DNA of 64,000 nucleotides from Raillietiella orientalis (Eukaryota): assembly GCA_036172245.1 (NCBI GenBank), contig JAYWIR010000035.1:2170001-2234000 (forward strand). The letters are read 5' to 3'. The notes under the pieces are model-generated. The model was given only the letters and a program-made list of their open reading frames with translations, made no database searches and had not been told where the DNA came from. Below are positions 61,108 to 64,000 of this stretch, in pieces. The translations under genes were made by a program, and so were the position numbers. Each line of letters opens with the position of its first letter. The stretch's first letter is position 1.

Positions 61108-64000
61108 TTATTACCCGGTTCCGCTGGGACGTTTATTATAATATCAACTGAGAACTGTGTTTCCAGGCAACGGGAACAGAAAATGGGGAGTAGACTTCCC
61201 GGAATTCAGTCCGGGCACACTGAGAGTTCGGAACGGGAGGGGGTGGGACAATAAATAAATAAACTGGGTGGGAGGGCGGGGACAGGGGTATACAGTCTAA
61301 CCGTTCCTATTCTCAGAACCGGCGGTGAATGCCACCGATCTCCGTCCTCACTTCTGCTCCAAGATGTGGGCACCCGGCAGCTATTTGCAGGCTGCAGGCT
61401 GCGGTGTCGGGGACCGATGTTGGGACTGCTCGCATCTGCAATACGTGGCGGACCCTGACAATATCGCGGACGCAGCAGATGATTGCGACGACCGCTCCAA
61501 GAGTAAGACCGCCACGCGTGTAGAAGCGGCGCATCCAATCCAGTGCGGTGTGTCCAGGGTGCAGGAGCGCTGAAGACAGACGCTGCCACAGCTCCTGGAG
61601 GGCACCGCACTCAAACAGCAAATGCGGAAGCGATTCTACCGCTCCGCCTTTGGCAGAGTTCGGGGACGCAACTCCCCCGGAAATCAGGTGCGCCCGCTGG
61701 TTGCTGTACAAACCTTAATGCACCAGCAGAAAAGCGTCCTGCTTCCACCGAAGGGGGAAGAGAGTCGCGTCCAAACACGCAGAAGGGACCTCGAGTTCAT
61801 CGGTGGGCACCCCGAGGAGCTCACTCCACCGGAGAAGCCCCTTTGCAAGAATGCGAGGTGTGGAAGCGTCAGCCACTTCGCAAGTCCGCCAGCCGACCAG
61901 CAGTCGGGTTTCGCCTGCGATTTCGCAAGTGATCTCCCACCTCGCCGGCAGGTCACTGTCATCTCGCACCATCAGTGCACACAGTGCTTCGGCGAGTGGA
62001 GTAGTGGCTAGGCGTGTCCACTGGTCCTGGTCTTCCAGCACCTCCCCCACTGGACAGTATGGGGAAAGTTTCACGCAAAGGAGTTCCAAACGGGACACAT
62101 CCTGTTGCGCTGCCCAGGACGATAAGGCTTCCTGCCTCCAGGCGTTGAAGTTCGTCTGCCGACAAGAGATCCACTCATGCTTTCCCAGAAGCGTGGCGAG
62201 CTGCTTCAAAGGGAAGCCGAATCCTCTCTGGGCGCGCTCCGTACGCAGATGCAACGAACGTAGTCCGTCACCACCCGTGCTGCGCTGCAGCAGCAGCCGC
62301 GCTGGAGCACACCAGGGAGTAGTCCAGAGCTGCGCACAAAGTGCCAGCATGCGGAACTGCACTAGCAGTCCGATCCGCTCCATCGTCAGGATGCCCAATC
62401 CTGCATCCCGCCGAGGAGCCGCCAAGTCCTTCAGGCGTATACTGGACCTCGCCGGTCCCCACAGAACGTTACGCAACAGGCGTTGCGCCCGGCGCTTAGC
62501 CGAGTAGGGAGGGGGACAAACAAAAAAGAGGGGACGGAGGAAGGAAGCAACGAAAATGTTCCACACGAAGGCCCGTTCCGACAGGAGAAACCTGCCGCCT
62601 TGGAACGGGCCCAGAGCAGTCTCAGCCTTGTGAAGGCAGTCCGACCACGCTTCTGCTGGACAGAAGGCGCCCAAGGGAACGCCGAGGTACTTCAAGCACC
62701 TGCCCGTGGGGATCCCCAGGCGGATCTAGTCGGACTGCCCCTCCCACGTAGAGCCAACCGGTACAACGGTTGATTCCGTCCTGTTCACGCTCAGGCCCGC
62801 TGCCAGACGAATGAGCTCGAAGTAGTCCTCGACCCTGGACGCCTGGGTGGACATGGGTAGCAGCAGGAGAAGGTCGTCAGCATAGGCGGCCACAGCCGGT
62901 GTTCCCGGGCAGGAGCTCGGCAGGTTGGCCAGCGTCAGCCTGTACGCCCTCAGCACCAACTCAAAGAAGATGCTGAAGAGCAGTGGGCTAAAGCTGTCTC
63001 CCTGCCTGATACCCCGCCGTATGAGAACACCGTACACGTGACGCCCGCTGAAAGAGATACAGCATAACGCGTGGCGCCAGCAGGAGCGCAAGTAGGCGAT
63101 GAGGTGCGTCGGGAGGCCTAGACGTCCCAGAAGCTCCAGAAGGAGGTCCTGGTTTACGCTGTCGAACGCTTTGCAGAGATCGACTGCGACCGCTAAGGCT
63201 CCCGGCGTTGCATCGTGCCTTGAACACCGCCGCTTTCCTTTGGTAGCGGCGATTTCGTCTGCCTGGCTCTGCTGCGCCACGCGCTGCTGCATCTCGAACC
63301 ATGTTCGCGCGAAGAAGAAATTCGCGTCCATGGACCGCCCCGGAACAGCATACGTCTGCTCCGGACTTACCAAGGACTCTGCGATTCTCCCCAGGCGCGC
63401 GACCCATAGCCTGAAGAGCAACTTGACGTCCGAATTCACCAATGTGAACGGACGCCAGTTGCTAAGGTGGCGCAAATCACCGCCTTTCGGCAGGAGGCGC
63501 ACCTTTGCTGAGCGGAAAGAAACGGGAACATCTCCCGTCTCACGCATCAGCGAGGAAAGGCTTAGCACCAGGGGGACGAGCTCCGCCGCGAAGCACTGAA
63601 AGAACTCCGCAGGCAGGCCATCCTCCCCAGGCGCCTCACGCCTCTTCAGGCCCGCTATGGCAGAAGATACTTCTTCCGTCGTGAAGGGCCAATCCAATCT
63701 GGCGCGTTTCTCCTCGTCGATAGCAGGGTTGCCCGTCGGAAGAAGCAGCTCGGAGAGACTGCGTTCCGTGGGCTCCTCCGCGTACAACGAGGAGTAGTAG
63801 CGCTTGACTACGCGGTGTGCTTCGGCTGCAGCCGAGCATTCGAGGCCAGCGTCATCGAGCAGACAAGCCGCTCCAGACTGCCAAACCTGGCGCTCGGCCC
63901 TGGCCTTATACTCCGCTAGACGCCGGACGTCCGGGCATCGTGAAAAGGTACGCGCCTGCAGATAAGGTCTGCTGTTCGCGACACCCTCTCCGAAGCTGCT
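61108..64000 (-). mobile_element. Subfamily H (F-related), 3' part, running off the window
   Basis: Terminus AATAAACGTCCCAGCGGAACCGGGTAATAA; RT ORFs 62726-63787 and 61715-62695. Confidence 0.9.

Noticed and set aside
4783..61137. Recurrent palindromic 30-mer read as a CRISPR repeat or integron attC site
   Set aside because: Spacing is kilobases and irregular, it always sits at a LINE 3' end after AATAAA, and no cas or integrase gene is present.
1..64000. Many long antisense or alternate-frame ORFs (e.g. 32374-34011, 39822-41159, 42304-43560)
   Set aside because: These are shadows of GC-rich LINE coding sequence with no motifs. Chimeric ORFs such as 10019-11770 and 48176-49423 merely cross junctions.
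1..64000. Classical Tx1 targets (U2 snRNA, tRNA, 5S rRNA, microsatellite) or LTRs
   Set aside because: No such sequences were recognised at any junction; the resolvable flanks are LINE coding sequence, and there is no integrase or terminal direct repeat.

Overview
The window is almost entirely a nested ('Russian-doll') pile of related L1/Tx1-clade non-LTR retrotransposons from a eukaryotic genome. They carry ORF1 with two CCHC knuckles and ORF2 with APE endonuclease, reverse transcriptase and a C-terminal CCHC. About nine subfamilies can be told apart (labelled A, A', B, C, D, E, F, G, H here); no host gene was found. Copies share a 5' terminus (GCGGACGTGT) and a 3' terminus (AATAAA plus a CCCGG/CCGGG hairpin, with no poly(A) tail). 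Target-site duplications indicate that each subfamily inserts at its own fixed site inside a conserved coding motif of another subfamily, mostly antisense, and several sites were used more than once. One site, the endonuclease GDFNLR codons, also holds foreign cargo: a 2.85-kb AT-rich block (RNA-virus-like ORF plus a CRESS-DNA-virus cap/rep/ori segment) and, in another host copy, a 677-bp highly structured RNA-like insert. The candidate new system is a mutually targeting retrotransposon community that also archives virus-like sequence. Everything here was read by eye; no searches were run.
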